Positions 10,535 through 11,659 of a stretch of 11,659 nt of DNA are shown piece after piece; position 1 is the stretch's first letter, and each line of letters opens with the position of its first letter. The DNA lies in the NCBI RefSeq assembly GCF_006345805.1, contig NW_021826842.1, positions 1-11,659 on the forward strand, read 5' to 3'. Under the pieces are notes generated by a model that was not told the origin of the DNA, ran no database searches, and saw only the letters and a list, made by a program, of their open reading frames with translations. Source of the stretch: Octopus sinensis. Taxonomy: Eukaryota. The position numbers and the translations under genes are program-made.

Positions 10535-10821
10535 AGGTGCAAATGATACTGCGTCTTTAAGAAGTTCAGTTTGCTACCATGTGGTTTAAGGGTCCGACCC
10601 ACTACGAGGCATCTTGGGCAAATGTTTTCTGCTTTAGCTTGAGTCTGAACCGATGTTGGTGTATTTACGTCCCTGTAACTTTAGCGGTTCGGCAAAAGAG
10701 CCCGTTAGAGTAAGGACTAGGTTACAAAGAATAAGTCTTGGGTCGATTTGTTCCACTAAAAGGCGGTACGGCAGCATGGCCGCAGTCAAATGACTGAAAC
10801 GAATAAGAGTAAAATAAAGAA
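10535..10821 (+). mobile_element. tRNA-derived SINE with a degenerate head fused directly to the 3' half
   Basis: Head taagaagttcagtttgctaccatgtggtttaagggtccgacccact...gcatcttgggcaaatg resembles 2377-2424. The tail from about 10648 matches 4945-5097 and ends in an A-rich stretch. Confidence 0.85.
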
Positions 10822-10830
10822 TATATAGCA

Positions 10831-10958
10831 AGAGAGAGAAAGAGAGACAGAGAGATAGATAGATAGATTGATTGATAGATAGATAGGTAGATAGATAGAA
10901 GACGAAAGAGAATGAACGAGAGAGAGAGAGGGAGAGAGAGAGAGAGAGTGAGAGAGAG
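10831..10958. repeat. (GA)n/(GATA)n microsatellite
   Basis: Seen directly. Confidence 0.9.
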
Positions 10959-10962
10959 TCAC

Positions 10963-11485
10963 TTACAGTGCTGCTAGTGGGCAATTGATTTTCAGGTGTA
11001 ATTTGCTACCACGAACGTAGCAACGTAGCCTTCTGTCTTCGACGGCCACATGCAAATTCGAATCGTCTGTCAAATTCATTTGATGTGGAAATCTTTCAAT
11101 GTTGATTGGATCAATTTGAGCAAGGATTTCCACTCCTTCACCAATCCAATTTTGCTGGTCCAGGACAGTGATTTCCAAGATATGGATTGCCTCCTCGATA
11201 TCGTAACAAATGGCCTCCTCAGATACAAGCCATTTTATCTCAGGGGGCACATCTTTGATTTTTATTTTTGTGACCCTACGGCCAAAGTAAGTGTTTGTGC
11301 TCGCAAAATCTATTCGCTTTCCCAATGTTGACACAGTATTTCGAACATAAATGAAAAGCTTGGCCGACAGCTAGATGTATTAGTTGAAGAGGATTCATGA
11401 TAGAGTTTCCCTTTACGCGGAAAGTAGGGAGTGAAACGCCTTCAGACTTCAATATATTGCTGACTGTGAATTATAACATAGAAAC
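10963..11485 (-). mobile_element. Tx1/L1-like LINE ORF1 (gag-like) remnant: RRM-like segment plus mutated CCHC zinc knuckle (copy B)
   Basis: ORF 11334..10963 contains KIKIKDVPPEI (compare Tx1/L1 ORF1 V.I.NVPP.I) and C-YV-[R]-GSKL-H-LKIN-C at 11022-10981. That is exact CX2CX4HX4C spacing with the second Cys as CGT (one change from TGT). In-frame stops upstream at 11371-11373 and 11380-11382 indicate decay. Confidence 0.8.
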
Positions 11486-11650
11486 AGATAGATATAAATA
11501 GATAGATAGATAGATAGATAGATATTTAAATAGATAGAGAAGTAGGTAGATAGATATATAGATAGAGATAGAGATAGATAGATAGATATCTGTTCGTGTC
11601 TGTCTTCCACATGCCACTTGATAACTGCTGTTGATTTCTTTACCACACCG
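11486..11650 (-). mobile_element. Short retroposed insertion with (TCTA)n tail nested in LINE copy B, putative TSD taacataga(aac)
   Basis: taacataga occurs at 11474-11482 and again at 11651-11659 (window edge). Between them lie a (GATA)n tract (about 11486-11588) and about 60 bp of unique sequence. Confidence 0.5.
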
Positions 11651-11659
11651 TAACATAGA

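Noticed and set aside
11050-11331. 93-aa plus-strand ORF
   Set aside because: It is the antisense shadow of the ORF1 remnant, whose minus frame carries the recognisable motifs.

Overview
Eukaryotic, AT-rich, microsatellite-saturated non-coding DNA (intron or intergenic). The SINE families and simple-repeat load point to an octopus/coleoid cephalopod genome; this is inferred from recalled repeat consensus sequences, not from a database search. No host protein-coding gene or true tRNA/rRNA is supported, and most listed ORFs are translations of (TA)n, (TACA)n, (CA)n or (TATC)n repeats. The window is a mosaic of retroelement remnants: a CR1-group LINE 3' end (1281-1787), a degraded I/Nimb-like RT fragment (minus, about 8340-8662), a Tx1/L1-like ORF1 with a mutated CCHC knuckle (minus, 10963-11485), several tRNA-derived SINE copies and tails, and one intact SINE with a 12-bp TSD (6835-7190). 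The most notable structures are a ~120-bp-arm foldback (2572-2838), a 191-bp ~92%-identical inverted repeat pair made of LINE ORF1 sequence bracketing about 2.2 kb (9265-9455 / 11295-11485), and a TSD-flanked nested insertion at the right edge. No convincingly new biological system was found; these long inverted repeats are the best leads.
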